Part shown: piece after piece, positions 9,870 through 20,438 of the stretch
Layout of the letters: each line of letters starts with the position of its first letter
Position numbering within the stretch: the stretch's first letter is position 1
Assembly: GCA_045535075.1 (NCBI GenBank)
Contig: JAZSKX010000014.1
Span: 174,373-238,372, forward strand
Source of the DNA: Candidatus Spyradenecus sp.
Lineage (GTDB): Bacteria > Verrucomicrobiota > Verrucomicrobiia > Opitutales > UBA953
Length of the DNA stretch: 64,000 bases
Reading direction: 5' to 3'
Made by a program: the position numbers and the translations under genes
The notes under the pieces: model-generated
Seen by the model: the letters and a program-made list of their open reading frames with translations, nothing else
The model's database searches: none
Told to the model about the DNA's origin: nothing

Positions 9870-10514
9870 ATGGAATTATTCACGGAAAAACTGGTCTACT
9901 CGCTGATCTATTACGGCGCACGTGCATTTATGCAGACGTTCGGGCGTCTTGATGTTTACGGCTTGGAAAATATTCCCGCCTGCGGATGTCTGATTGCGAG
10001 CAATCACGTCAGCTTTATCGATCCGCCGTTGATCGGTTCGTGTATTCCCAAAGAAATGTTTTTCCTCGCGCGAAAAACGCTGAACGACAATCCCGTTCTC
10101 GGAAAGGTTTTGCCGCATTGTAATGTTATCCCCGTCGACCGCGACGGCGGATCCGATGTTGCCGCGTTCAAGAAAATGTTCAAGGTCTTGCGGGATGGGC
10201 ACTCGATTTTGCTCTTTCCGGAAGGGACGCGCAGTAAAGACGGAAAATTCGGAAAGGCGCAGGGCGGTGCCGGGCTGATTGCCTGCAAAGCGCGTGTTCC
10301 CGTCGTTCCCGTGCGTCTTTTCGGGACGAATGAAGTTTTACAGCGCGGAACGTTTCTTCCCAAACGCGCAGAAATCAAGGTCTGTTTCGGCAAGCCGATG
10401 TATCCGGAAGAATTTGACCCGGGAAAAGATTTTCCGGATCGCTTCCGCGAGGCTTCCCGCCGCTTTATGGCGCGCATTGCCGAAATGGAAGAACCCGGCG
10501 CGCCGAAATACTAG
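9870..10514 (+). CDS. plsC: 1-acyl-sn-glycerol-3-phosphate acyltransferase
   Basis: NHVSFIDPP (HX4D block) and FPEGTRS block. Confidence 0.8.
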   Translation: MELFTEKLVYSLIYYGARAFMQTFGRLDVYGLENIPACGCLIASNHVSFIDPPLIGSCIPKEMFFLARKTLNDNPVLGKVLPHCNVIPVDRDGGSDVAAFKKMFKVLRDGHSILLFPEGTRSKDGKFGKAQGGAGLIACKARVPVVPVRLFGTNEVLQRGTFLPKRAEIKVCFGKPMYPEEFDPGKDFPDRFREASRRFMARIAEMEEPGAPKY

Positions 10515-10715
10515 GCGCAATATTTTATGGCTCCCTCAAAAAATTCGTTTTTGACGAAATCGATGAAAGTTGAGGGCTGAGAGCTTAGAGGTAAATGCGT
10601 TCCCGCAATCGGGAAAAGGATTTCGAAAGCCTCTTTCGCGAAGCGAGGTGTAAATATCCATCATCTCTCAGCTCTCCTCGCTCATCAGAAACTCTATTTA
10701 TGGAGTTTCCCTTAT

Positions 10716-10750
10716 GCCGCAGATTTGAAAGTCTGCGGCTTTTTTCGTTT
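10716..10750 (+). terminator. intrinsic terminator
   Basis: GCCGCAGA-tttgaaag-TCTGCGGC followed by TTTTTTCGTTTTT. It lies 200 nt after the plsC stop and 46 nt before the next start codon. Confidence 0.7.
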
Positions 10751-10795
10751 TTATTTCCGGTTGCGGGAAGGAAGCGCGTGTTGCAAAATGAGAAA

Positions 10796-12157
10796 ATGCA
10801 AACGCGTCGTGAGTTTTTGAAAATCGGAGCCGTCCTGACCGCCGGGACATTGTTCGCTGGCGGCTGTAGCCATTTTTTCGCCCAGCCTCAAAAACAGGCG
10901 GAAAAACCGTCTGCGGGAACGATTAATTTGGCATTTTTCGGTTTGGGGGTTATGGGAATGGCGGATCTTGAAGCGCTGTCGCATTTGAAAGGCGTCCGCG
11001 TCGTTGCTCTGTGCGATCCTGATTTACGGCGTTGCAATCGCGCTCAAAAACTTTTGAAAAAATCCGGTCATCCGGAAGCGGAAATTTTTTCCGATTACAG
11101 GAAAGTTTTTGACAATGCACGGGAACGCATCGACGGAGCCGTTGTTGCCACACCGGATCATTCGCATTTTGCCGTCGCGATGGAGGCGGTGATACGCAAA
11201 AAACACATTTTCGTGGAAAAGCCGGTTTGCCGCACAATTGACCAAATGCGTCGCTTGGCGCGGGCATCGTCGGAGGCGGGAATCGTTACGCAGGCAGGAA
11301 ATCAGGGTGCGGCGTCGCAGCATATTCGCACCGCAAAGGAGTGGTATGAAGCCGGAATTCTCGGCGAAGTCCGGGAAATTCATGCTTGGACAAATCGCCC
11401 GACGTGGCCGCAGGGCATGACGGAGCCGGCGGTCGCGGATCCGTGCCCGCCGAGTTTGGATTGGAATATTTGGTTGGGAGCTTCACGGGAACGCCCGTAT
11501 TCCAAAGCGATTGCGCCTACAAATTGGCGCGGATGGATCGAGTACGGAACGGGCGCACTCGGCGACATGGCGCAACACATTCTGAATCCTGCGTATTTTA
11601 TTTTTGATTTGGGCGCGCCGGAATCTGTTGAGGCCGAAGCTCCGACCGTGACGCCGCTGGCGTTTCCCGTGTCGTCGAAAGTTACATACAATTTCCCGGG
11701 GAATGAGCAGCGCGGCCCGATAAAATTAGTTTGGTTTGACGGAAACAACGTGCCTCCGCGTCCGGAAGGGCTTTCTGCCGGGATTCCTTTCCCGAACGGT
11801 ATCGGCGGAAGCATTATTTACGGAAGTAAAAATACGATGATGCTCGGGTCGTCGGGCGAAACAATGCGAGTTTTGCGCGATTACAACCGGATTCGCGCGA
11901 ATCCGCCGCCGAAGAAATATCCGCGTGTTCGCGGGAATATTTACCGAAATTGGATAGAAGCAATTACGTCCGGTAAACCGACAGTATCCGGATTTGATTA
12001 CGCGGCGCCGCTGACGGAAATTGTCCTGCTCGGTGTCATTGCCCAACAGCTCAATCGCCGCTTGGAATGGGACGGAGCACGCGGGTTGTTCAAAAATGAT
12101 CCTGAAGCGAATGCTCTTTTGAAGGCCGTTCCCGCGCGCCCGGGGTTTTTGTGCTAA
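10796..12157 (+). CDS. Gfo/Idh/MocA-family oxidoreductase with Tat signal
   Basis: MQTRREFLKIGAVLTAG twin-arginine signal, Rossmann motif INLAFFGLGVMG, and the HIFVEKPV motif. The start was set to the ATG at 10796. Confidence 0.75.
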   Translation: MQTRREFLKIGAVLTAGTLFAGGCSHFFAQPQKQAEKPSAGTINLAFFGLGVMGMADLEALSHLKGVRVVALCDPDLRRCNRAQKLLKKSGHPEAEIFSDYRKVFDNARERIDGAVVATPDHSHFAVAMEAVIRKKHIFVEKPVCRTIDQMRRLARASSEAGIVTQAGNQGAASQHIRTAKEWYEAGILGEVREIHAWTNRPTWPQGMTEPAVADPCPPSLDWNIWLGASRERPYSKAIAPTNWRGWIEYGTGALGDMAQHILNPAYFIFDLGAPESVEAEAPTVTPLAFPVSSKVTYNFPGNEQRGPIKLVWFDGNNVPPRPEGLSAGIPFPNGIGGSIIYGSKNTMMLGSSGETMRVLRDYNRIRANPPPKKYPRVRGNIYRNWIEAITSGKPTVSGFDYAAPLTEIVLLGVIAQQLNRRLEWDGARGLFKNDPEANALLKAVPARPGFLC

Positions 12158-13230
12158 ATACCGGAGAGCGGAAGTTCAAGTTGCTTGGACGTCGGAGGGA
12201 TACGCGCGGCGGGAACGGCGTTTGAAAGCGTGACGCCGAGCAACCGGACGGGCTTGTTGTACGGCAGATGCAGGCGGAGCAGGTCGAGGGCGGTTGAGGC
12301 GATGCGGCTTTTTTCGCTGTAGAATCCGCTTTGCGTACGGGAACGCGTCATTTGGGAAAAATCCGAAAATTTGATTTTCAGGGTTAGTGTGCTTCCCGTG
12401 AAGTCTGCGCGTTCCAAGCGTTGCCACAAGGCGCATACGAGCGGCTCCAAAGCTTCCGCGCAGGCTTGCGTTCCAACTAAATCCTGCGGGAACGTATCCT
12501 CGATGCCGACAGATTTGCGCTCGCGATTCGGTGTAACCGGGCGTTCGTCTTTCCCGCGAACGACATCATAAAGCCAGTCGCCGATTTTCCCGAAATGCGT
12601 CTCCAGATTTTCCCGCGACCATTTTTTCAAATCCGCGCCGACAGAGACACCAAGTTCGTGCATGCGACGCGCCGTTGCCGGGCCGACACCATAAAATGCT
12701 TCAATCGGGAGTTGTTCCAAAAAGCGCTCTGCATCTTTCGGTAAAATGCGGGAAAGCCCGTCGGGTTTTTGCAGATCCGATGCGGTTTTTGCGAGAAATT
12801 TGTTGTAAGAAACGCCGGCGGACGCCGTTAAATTAAGCTCTTTTTTTATGGCGAGCTTAATTTCCTTGGCGATTTGCGTTGCCGTTTTCCCGCTTGGATT
12901 GTCGGTAACATCCAGAAAGGCTTCGTCGATGGAAAGCGGTTCGATGAGTTCCGTGTAGCGCCGGAAGATTGCCTGAATTTGAGCGGAAACTTTTTTGTAA
13001 ACTTCAAAACGCGGCGGCACGAGAACGAGGCGCGGGCAGAGTCGCTTTGCTTTGGCAACGGAAAGTGCCGAGCGCACTCCGTAGCGCCGGGCTTCGTAGC
13101 TCGCCGTCGAAACGACATTGCGCGGCGTATCTCCGGCAACGGCAACGGGAAGCCCGCGCAAAGCCGGATTGTCGCGCTGTTCAACCGCAGCGAAAAATGC
13201 GTCCATATCGATATGGATGATTTTTCGCAT
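12154..13230 (-). CDS. dinB: DNA polymerase IV
   Basis: MRKIIHIDMDAFFAAVEQRDNPALRGLPVAV plus Y-family palm and little-finger length (358 aa). Confidence 0.9.
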   Translation of the reverse strand: MRKIIHIDMDAFFAAVEQRDNPALRGLPVAVAGDTPRNVVSTASYEARRYGVRSALSVAKAKRLCPRLVLVPPRFEVYKKVSAQIQAIFRRYTELIEPLSIDEAFLDVTDNPSGKTATQIAKEIKLAIKKELNLTASAGVSYNKFLAKTASDLQKPDGLSRILPKDAERFLEQLPIEAFYGVGPATARRMHELGVSVGADLKKWSRENLETHFGKIGDWLYDVVRGKDERPVTPNRERKSVGIEDTFPQDLVGTQACAEALEPLVCALWQRLERADFTGSTLTLKIKFSDFSQMTRSRTQSGFYSEKSRIASTALDLLRLHLPYNKPVRLLGVTLSNAVPAARIPPTSKQLELPLSGI

Positions 13231-13251
13231 CGCGGGAACGGTTGGCGGATT

Positions 13252-14079
13252 TTAGACCCAGCGCAGTTTTGTTCTCAGAATTTCGAATTCCGAGAGCGTT
13301 GTCGGTTGGAGAATTTCGACGCGTTCGTCGGCCATTTTAACGGAAAGCGGGAATGCTTTTTTCCCGGGAAGAGGAGCGTTCCCGTCTAACGAAATTCCGA
13401 CGGGAACGTTGTCGGAGACGTTATCGACACGAATTTCCATGTTTCGCGGGAACACGACCGCGCGGTTTGAAAGCGTGTGCGGGCAAAGTGGTGTCAGGGC
13501 AAAGACTTCGGCGTCGGAGTGAATCAGCGGCCCGCCGGCGCCGAGGCTGTAGGCGGTTGAGCCGGTCGGCGTTGTGAAAATCAGCCCGTCGCCGCGGAAG
13601 GTGTTGATGGTGCCGTGTTCGACGGAATCAACGCGCAGTGCCGTCATTTGAAAATTTTCCCAGGCTTTGATGACGATGTCGTTGAGCGCGTAGCGCCGGA
13701 GCTCTTCGGGATCGTCGGCGAATTTACATTCAAGGAGCGTGCGCGAAACCGTTCGGTAATTTCCGTCAAAGATGTCGTCCAAGTCGCGTTCGATATTTTC
13801 GGCGGAATAATTTGCGAGGTAGCCGAGTTTTCCCAGATTGATTCCGAAAATCGGGACGTGATTGCGAACGGCGCTTTCGACGGCGCCGAGAATTGTGCCG
13901 TCGCCCCCGATGACACAACAAATCTGCGTTCCCGCGAGCACGTCTCCGTCAATCGGGTGGTTTTTGGAAATTTGCGTTGCGACGCCGTGTTTTTCCGCGG
14001 CGGCGATAACCGTGTCCAAGCAAGCTTCCGCGCCGGATTTTGCGCTGTTCCAAATAATACCAATGCGGGAAATTTTCAT
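13252..14079 (-). CDS. nadK: NAD+ kinase
   Basis: GGDGTILGA and NDIVI motifs. The start at 14079 (MKISRIG) has a GGAG 5 nt upstream; the track start at 14115 is an alternative. Confidence 0.85.
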   Translation of the reverse strand: MKISRIGIIWNSAKSGAEACLDTVIAAAEKHGVATQISKNHPIDGDVLAGTQICCVIGGDGTILGAVESAVRNHVPIFGINLGKLGYLANYSAENIERDLDDIFDGNYRTVSRTLLECKFADDPEELRRYALNDIVIKAWENFQMTALRVDSVEHGTINTFRGDGLIFTTPTGSTAYSLGAGGPLIHSDAEVFALTPLCPHTLSNRAVVFPRNMEIRVDNVSDNVPVGISLDGNAPLPGKKAFPLSVKMADERVEILQPTTLSEFEILRTKLRWV

Positions 14080-14227
14080 TACTCCGATTTTACGACCAAA
14101 GCTCGAATAAATCATCTATAATTTCTGCCGTTCCCGCGATTTTTTATTATTCCGGCAAAGACTTTTTCCGCGTGAAAAAGAAAAACGGGATTCATTTTTA
14201 TGCGGGAACGTGGTTTAATCTACGCAT

Positions 14228-15208
14228 ATGGACGACCAAAAAATTATCGAAGCAGGGAAACATGTTCTGAAAGCGGAAGCGGATGCGTTGCGCGTTATGG
14301 AAGCCGCGCTCGATGAAAGCTTTGCAAAAGCCGTTGAAATTCTTTACGCGAGCGATCGCAAGGTCGTTATCTCCGGCGTCGGAAAATCCGGGCTTATCGG
14401 ACAAAAAATTGTTGCCACGCTTTGTTCCACGGGAACGCCCGCGATCTTTTTGCACAGCGCGGATGCCGTTCACGGGGATTTGGGAATTTGCCAGCCGGGC
14501 GATCCGGTTGTTCTGATTTCCAAGAGCGGAACGACGGCGGAAACGGTGCGCCTGTTGCCGAGCCTGAAAAAAATGGGCTCGAAAATTATCGCCATTGTCG
14601 CCAATAAAAATTCCCCGCTCGCAGAAAAAGCGGATGTCGTCCTCGATATCGGTGTGAAATCCGAAGCCGATCCGCTTGGCATTGTTCCGACGACGAGCAC
14701 GACGCTTACGCTTGCGATGGGCGATGCGCTTGCTGCCGCGCTGATGCTTAAGCGCAGTTTCGGGGAAAAGGATTTTGCAAAATTCCATCCGGCGGGACAG
14801 CTTGGGCGAAACTTGCTTTTGACGGTCAACGACGTGATGCGTCCTCGCGGAAAAATCGCCGTTGTCTCCGGAGAAACTTCCGTGCGCGACACCGTGATTG
14901 CGATGACGGAGTGCCCGCACGGCGCGGCTTGTGTCATTGATGCGACGGGAAATCTTCTCGGAATTATTACAGACGGCGATTTGCGCCGTGCGCTTCACAA
15001 GCATGAAAATCTCGGCGGAATTACGGCTCTTGAAATTATGACGAAAAATCCGATTTGCGCCTTTGCGGGAATGAGTCTCGGCGAAGCCGCGCGTGTGATG
15101 GAGGATCGTCCGTCTCAGATTTCCGTACTTCCCGTTTTGGATGCGCCGGGCGGTGATCTCGTCGGCTTGCTTCGCATTCACGATATTTATCAGGCCGGAC
15201 TCGTTTGA
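14228..15208 (+). CDS. kdsD: arabinose-5-phosphate isomerase (KpsF/GutQ family)
   Basis: SIS domain (GVGKSGLIGQKI, SKSGTTAE) followed by a tandem CBS pair. Confidence 0.85.
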   Translation: MDDQKIIEAGKHVLKAEADALRVMEAALDESFAKAVEILYASDRKVVISGVGKSGLIGQKIVATLCSTGTPAIFLHSADAVHGDLGICQPGDPVVLISKSGTTAETVRLLPSLKKMGSKIIAIVANKNSPLAEKADVVLDIGVKSEADPLGIVPTTSTTLTLAMGDALAAALMLKRSFGEKDFAKFHPAGQLGRNLLLTVNDVMRPRGKIAVVSGETSVRDTVIAMTECPHGAACVIDATGNLLGIITDGDLRRALHKHENLGGITALEIMTKNPICAFAGMSLGEAARVMEDRPSQISVLPVLDAPGGDLVGLLRIHDIYQAGLV

Positions 15209-16809
15209 GCGCGCACGATTCCAGATTCCGCCGCGGGCTTTCCCGTGACGACGCGGGATTGCCGCAGGAAGTCGGCGAGGATTTTGTCCCGCGTCGGCAG
15301 AAGCTCGTCGCCGGCTTTGCTGTGTTGACTTTGCTTTGGTCGACTTGGGCGCAGACTGCCGCTACGGCGTTTACCGTGCTTGTGGCAACAGGATTGGCGG
15401 CGCTGACTCTAGCGTGGCTTTTTTTGCCTACGGGAGCTTACGATTCTGCGCGATCCGCAAAGCGAAATTTTTTCCGGCTGATGAAATTTCCGCTGTTTTG
15501 GATCGGGATTGCGCTTTGGATTTATATTTGTATCCAGGGTTGCGTTCCCGGGGTAAGTGTCGAATGGCTGGAAAAGTCTTGGCGCATTCATCGCATTGCG
15601 GGAACGCCGGAGTGGCTTCCGACCGGCGTGGATGCCGGATTCGGTTTTGACCCGAAAATGGGAATGAACGCGTGGCGCCAACTTTGTATTTTCGGGGCGC
15701 CGTGGATGATTTTGTGCGCGCTTTGGTGCGGATTGCGTTCCCGCAGAGCATGGAAGTTTTTGCTTTGGACTGTGCTTTTGAATGCGGTTTTACTGGCGTG
15801 CTTCGGCTTGTATCGCAGTTGCTTCGGAATTCATTCTTATCTCGGAGAAACGAAGTATTATTTCTTTTCTGTTTTTTCATACAAGAACCATGCCGGCGAG
15901 TTTTTTGTTCTCGCAATGGCAATTTGCGCCGGGCTGGGCTTGCGTAGCTGGCGAGCTTCCTCGCTCGCCGGAAAGCATGGCGGCGCGTATCTGATTTTGC
16001 TGATTTTCGGATTACTTTTTCTCGGCGCAACTTTCGCGACGAAATCCGTCGGCGCTGTTTTTCTCGGTGTTCTCTGGTTGCCTTTAATTGTCATTCTGAT
16101 TTGCGCTTCGGGGCTGATGACGCGTTCGTCCTGGTTGGCGGCAGGCGTTTTTTTGGCAATGCTTCTTTGTGTCGCGGGAACGTGGTGGGCGACGGCAAAA
16201 ACCGATGTTTTCTTTTCCCGTGTGGACCAAAAAGTTGCCGACGGCGAATTACCTGATATTGAGCGCGTGATTCATCCGGAAGATAAAACTGAAGAGCGCA
16301 GTGAACTGGCGGAAACGTTTTCGCTCGACAAAGGTCCGCGTGCTGACCTTCGGAAGCTTTCCGCCAAAATGTTTCATTATAACACGCATACGGAACTTTT
16401 CGGCTGGGGCGCCGGTTCGTATCGCTGGATCGCGCCGGCGTTTCAGCTTTCGATGCCGGAGTTTACGAAGATTAATAAGCGAACGGGAAAAAAGTATTTG
16501 CCGACGCGAACGTCGTATGCGCATTGCGATCCGTGGCACTTTCTTGTCGAATGGGGCGCTGTAGGCGCGGGAATTTTTGCCGCCGGAGTCTTATGGTTCT
16601 GGGGATTCGCGCTTCGAAATTTTCGTCGTTGGCGTGCGTCTTCGGTGGCATTTTTGGCGGGAATTGCAATTTTTTCGCTCCACGCATGCGTTGAGTTTGT
16701 TTCTTTTAACCCGGCATTAATGCTCTGCGTCGCTCTCCTTGCTGCCGCATTTAAAGCGGATCTTTCACGGGAAAAGCTGCTTGCAAAAAAACAAACGCGG
16801 ACTCTTTAG
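15205..16809 (+). CDS. O-antigen ligase (Wzy_C)-like polytopic membrane protein
   Basis: At least 10 TM helices and a periplasmic loop, then [19 protein letters not shown], which resembles the O-antigen ligase motif. The start codon is uncertain (a TTG in the track). Confidence 0.45.
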   Translation: MSAHDSRFRRGLSRDDAGLPQEVGEDFVPRRQKLVAGFAVLTLLWSTWAQTAATAFTVLVATGLAALTLAWLFLPTGAYDSARSAKRNFFRLMKFPLFWIGIALWIYICIQGCVPGVSVEWLEKSWRIHRIAGTPEWLPTGVDAGFGFDPKMGMNAWRQLCIFGAPWMILCALWCGLRSRRAWKFLLWTVLLNAVLLACFGLYRSCFGIHSYLGETKYYFFSVFSYKNHAGEFFVLAMAICAGLGLRSWRASSLAGKHGGAYLILLIFGLLFLGATFATKSVGAVFLGVLWLPLIVILICASGLMTRSSWLAAGVFLAMLLCVAGTWWATAKTDVFFSRVDQKVADGELPDIERVIHPEDKTEERSELAETFSLDKGPRADLRKLSAKMFHYNTHTELFGWGAGSYRWIAPAFQLSMPEFTKINKRTGKKYLPTRTSYAHCDPWHFLVEWGAVGAGIFAAGVLWFWGFALRNFRRWRASSVAFLAGIAIFSLHACVEFVSFNPALMLCVALLAAAFKADLSREKLLAKKQTRTL

Positions 16810-16850
16810 TCTTTAATCTTTCCTCTTTAATCTTTAAACTCATCAACGCT

Positions 16851-18500
16851 ATGGCAAATATTCCTCCTTTCAAATATCAACACCCGTTCCCGCTCGGTGA
16901 AGACAAAACCGAGTATTATCTTCTGACTAAGGACTATGTTTCCGTCGGCGAATTTGAAGGCGTTCCCGTGCTCAAAGTTGCCAAGGAAGGCTTGACCGCG
17001 ATGGCGAATGCCGCGTTTCGCGATGTTTCTTTCATGCTCCGCCGCGCGCACAATGAGCAGGTCGCCAAAATTCTCCGCGACCCGGAAGCGAGCGAAAACG
17101 ACAAATACGTCGCGCTCACGTTCCTGCGCAACGCGGAAGTCGCCTGCAAGGGGAAGCTCCCGCTCTGCCAAGACACGGGAACGGCGATTATTCACGGCGA
17201 AAAAGGACAGCAGGTTTGGACGGGTTATTGCGACGAAGAAGCGCTTTCGCTCGGCGTTTTCAAAACTTACACGGAGGAAAATCTGCGCTACTCGCAAAAC
17301 GCGCCGCTGAATATGTATGACGAAGTCAACACGCGTTGCAATCTTCCCGCGCAAATCGACCTCGAAGCCACCGAAGGCATGGAATACAAATTCCTGTGCG
17401 TGACCAAGGGCGGCGGGAGCGCGAACAAAACCTATCTTTATCAGGAAACGAAAGCACTTCTGAACCCGAAAACGCTTGTTCCGTTCCTCGTCGAAAAAAT
17501 GAAAACGCTCGGCACCGCAGCTTGCCCGCCGTATCACGTGGCATTCTGCATCGGCGGCACTTCGGCGGAAAAAAATCTTCTCACGGTCAAACTCGCTTCG
17601 ACGCACTACTACGACGAACTTCCGACCAGCGGGAACGAGCACGGACGCGCCTTCCGCGATGTCGAACTCGAAAAACAGGTGCTCGAAGAAGCGCATCGCA
17701 TCGGGCTCGGCGCGCAGTTCGGCGGGAAATACCTCGTGCACGACGTGCGCATCGTCCGCCTCCCGCGCCACGGCGCGAGCTGCCCGGTCGGCATGGGCGT
17801 TTCCTGCTCCGCAGACCGCAACATCAAGTGCAAAATCAATAAAGACGGCATTTGGATTGAAAAACTCGACAACAATCCCGGCGAACTCATTCCGGAAGAA
17901 CTCCGCGAAGCCGGCGAAGGCAACGCCGTTAAAATTGACCTCAATCGCCCGATGCCGGAAATCCTCAAGGAACTTTCCAAATATCCGGTCGCGACACGCC
18001 TTTCGCTCAACGGCACGATTATCGTCGGACGCGATATCGCGCACGCAAAACTGAAAGAACGCCTCGACCGCGGCGAAGCGCTCCCGCAATACATCAAGGA
18101 TCACCCGATTTACTACGCGGGACCGGCAAAAACGCCGGAAGGAATGGCGTGCGGCTCGATGGGACCGACGACGGCGGGACGCATGGACTCTTACGTTGAT
18201 TTGTTCCAAGCCAACGGCGGTTCGCTCATCATGCTTGCCAAGGGCAATCGCAGCCAGCAGGTAACGGATGCGTGTAAAAAACACGGCGGCTTCTACCTCG
18301 GCTCGATCGGCGGCCCGGCGGCAATTCTTGCGCAGAACAACATCAAGTCGATTGAATGCGTCGAATACCCGGAACTCGGCATGGAAGCGATTTGGAAAAT
18401 CGAAGTCGAAAACTTCCCGGCGTTCATTTTGGTCGACGACAAGGGCAACGATTTCTTCAAACAAATCAAACCCGTTTGCCCGTTAGGACAAAAAGCTTAA
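16851..18500 (+). CDS. fumA: class I (Fe-S) fumarate hydratase
   Basis: 549 aa, with the LCQDTGTAI motif and fused alpha and beta domains. Confidence 0.9.
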   Translation: MANIPPFKYQHPFPLGEDKTEYYLLTKDYVSVGEFEGVPVLKVAKEGLTAMANAAFRDVSFMLRRAHNEQVAKILRDPEASENDKYVALTFLRNAEVACKGKLPLCQDTGTAIIHGEKGQQVWTGYCDEEALSLGVFKTYTEENLRYSQNAPLNMYDEVNTRCNLPAQIDLEATEGMEYKFLCVTKGGGSANKTYLYQETKALLNPKTLVPFLVEKMKTLGTAACPPYHVAFCIGGTSAEKNLLTVKLASTHYYDELPTSGNEHGRAFRDVELEKQVLEEAHRIGLGAQFGGKYLVHDVRIVRLPRHGASCPVGMGVSCSADRNIKCKINKDGIWIEKLDNNPGELIPEELREAGEGNAVKIDLNRPMPEILKELSKYPVATRLSLNGTIIVGRDIAHAKLKERLDRGEALPQYIKDHPIYYAGPAKTPEGMACGSMGPTTAGRMDSYVDLFQANGGSLIMLAKGNRSQQVTDACKKHGGFYLGSIGGPAAILAQNNIKSIECVEYPELGMEAIWKIEVENFPAFILVDDKGNDFFKQIKPVCPLGQKA

Positions 18501-18524
18501 AGTTTAAGGCTTAGAGCTTAAAGG

Positions 18525-18560
18525 GCGTTCCCGTGGCAAGAGTCGCGGGAACGCTTTTTT
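18525..18560 (+). terminator. intrinsic terminator built from an inverted CGGGAACG pair
   Basis: GCGTTCCCG-tggcaagagtcg-CGGGAACGC followed by TTTTTT, 25 nt after the fumarase stop. Confidence 0.75.
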
Positions 18561-18905
18561 ATTCTTCGTTCAATGTCGCGTATCGCTTGAGTTCACATTT
18601 TGACGAATCCGAGTTTTCGGGAAGATCGGATAAAAATCGGAAAGAGCGATGTGTTCCCTCAGGTAAATTTTCGCCAGCGGTATTCTGGTGTACGAAGTAA
18701 AGGAATCACGGAAAAGGAGAACGGTATTGCATCATTCGAATGAATTGGAAGCGGACGTAAATTCGGGTCTTATTTTCGTTGATTCGAGAAAATTCCACTC
18801 GTTTTTAACAGGCTGTTCGGAGACTTTTGCCGCGGGAACGCCGACTCGCGGCGGCTACGGGCTTTTCTTTGGACGGGAATCTGTTAGAATCCGCCTTTTA
18901 AATTT

Positions 18906-20363
18906 ATGGACACCTTTATCATTACCGGCGCAAATGCCGAGCCGGCGCAAAGTATCGCGCGCCGCTTGTGCGAGATGGGCGCCCGCGTTTACGGCATTGC
19001 GGGAACATTTCCCGAAGCCGATTTCGCATTTAACGAATTTTTCCCGATCGCATGCGACGTAACTTCGCCTTCGTCCGTCGCCGAAGCTGTAGAAGAAATA
19101 CTTGCGCGCGAAAAGACGATTTCCGGACTGATTTTCTCGACTCAATATTTTTCGAATGAAGCGTTTGAAGCGATGCCGCTTGAGGAAATCACGCTGTCTG
19201 TCAACGCGCTTGTTACAACGCCGCTGGTGATTGCGCGGCTCGCGTTGCCGTCGCTGATTGCTTCCCGCGGGAGCGTGATTGCTGTTTCGCAAAATACGGT
19301 TACACCGCGCGGACACGTCTTAAATAATATTACAGACGCAGCGATGAAAGTTTTTACGGGAACGCTTTTCGGCGATTTGCGCGACACGGGAGTCAAGACC
19401 TGTCATATTTTTCTTCAAAACAATACGGGAACGCCCGATCCCGGGGCGGCATTTACGAATGCGCCGCAGAGCCGCATTCAGCCGGATATTGTCGCAGAAA
19501 CGGTTGAAACGGTGTTGCGGTTGCGGGAAAATAATGCGCTGACGCAAATTGTTTTGCGCCCGCAGGCGACTCGGGAAACTCCGCATATTCCAGTTTCGTC
19601 GGAGCCGAGAATTCGCACCTTGCAGGTTGTGCGTTTGCCGGAATCTAAAAATTATCCGCCGGCGGAAGAGCCGATTCTTACGCCGAAATACCGCCGTCCG
19701 GAATACGCGCCGCCGCGCGGGCAAAAAGCATTGGAAGCGGCGGAAAACGCTGTTTCGGAAGCGGAGGAATTCGCAGATGATTATGTGGATCCGGAATTGC
19801 GTTATCTTGTTAAAGGAAGCGAAAAAGGCGAGGCTAAGCCGCTCGTTCCCGCAGAAGAAACTGTAAGTCCGCAAACAGAAAGCCGTCCGGAAACGGATGA
19901 GAGCGGCAATCCGCTTCGCCGCAAGCGCAAGCGCCGCCGCAAGAAAAAGAATCGCAACGGGGCAATGATTGTCCAGCCGCCGCAGTTGGGCGGGCAGACG
20001 GATGTCCCGAAAACACCGCAGATTCTGCGGGAAGAGCAGGTCAGAGAAATTCCGAAAGCTTCGCAGAAGGAAAATCGCACGGGAACGGCAGGCGTGCCTG
20101 AGGAAATACCGGTGGGCGAGCCTGTTGCCAAACGCGGGAACGTGCCTGTAAATTCGGGAAAAAACGAAAATCCGGTCGAGTCCGAACCTGCGACGCCGAA
20201 AGAGAAAAAACGCACGAAAACACCGACGGGAAAAAAGACGCCGGGGCGTTCCCGCGCGAAAAAAACAGACGTTTCGGAGCCGGCGAAACCTGTCGAAAAA
20301 GCGAAAAGAAAACCGCGAAAGCCGCGCGGGGAAAAGCAAGCGAAGACGGAAGACGTTTCCTAG
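18906..20363 (+). CDS. SDR-like Rossmann protein fused to a long polybasic low-complexity tail
   Basis: N-terminal ~215 aa are SDR-like (MDTFIITGANAEPAQSIARRL...). The C-terminal ~270 aa are P/E/K/R-rich and include RRKRKRRRKKKNRN. Confidence 0.55.
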   Translation: MDTFIITGANAEPAQSIARRLCEMGARVYGIAGTFPEADFAFNEFFPIACDVTSPSSVAEAVEEILAREKTISGLIFSTQYFSNEAFEAMPLEEITLSVNALVTTPLVIARLALPSLIASRGSVIAVSQNTVTPRGHVLNNITDAAMKVFTGTLFGDLRDTGVKTCHIFLQNNTGTPDPGAAFTNAPQSRIQPDIVAETVETVLRLRENNALTQIVLRPQATRETPHIPVSSEPRIRTLQVVRLPESKNYPPAEEPILTPKYRRPEYAPPRGQKALEAAENAVSEAEEFADDYVDPELRYLVKGSEKGEAKPLVPAEETVSPQTESRPETDESGNPLRRKRKRRRKKKNRNGAMIVQPPQLGGQTDVPKTPQILREEQVREIPKASQKENRTGTAGVPEEIPVGEPVAKRGNVPVNSGKNENPVESEPATPKEKKRTKTPTGKKTPGRSRAKKTDVSEPAKPVEKAKRKPRKPRGEKQAKTEDVS

Positions 20364-20438
20364 GAAATTTTCGGGAATCGTCGTTCGGGTTTCTGTTCCC
20401 GCTCGCAATCGCGGGGCGGCTTTGTTAGCTTTTTCCGC

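Noticed and set aside
14198-15181. 327-aa minus-strand ORF
   Set aside because: It is antisense to kdsD, which has SIS and CBS motifs on the plus strand.
16827-18464. 545-aa ORF on the minus strand
   Set aside because: It lies entirely antisense to the well-supported class I fumarase gene. It is R/F/A-rich low complexity with no recognisable motif, as is typical of stop-poor antisense frames in GC-biased coding DNA.
18561-18905. Possible small gene or tRNA in the 345-nt gap after the fumarase terminator
   Set aside because: Reading both strands gave only short frames interrupted by stops, with no start codon for the longest frame. No cloverleaf-like sequence is present. I have left it as plain intergenic or promoter DNA.
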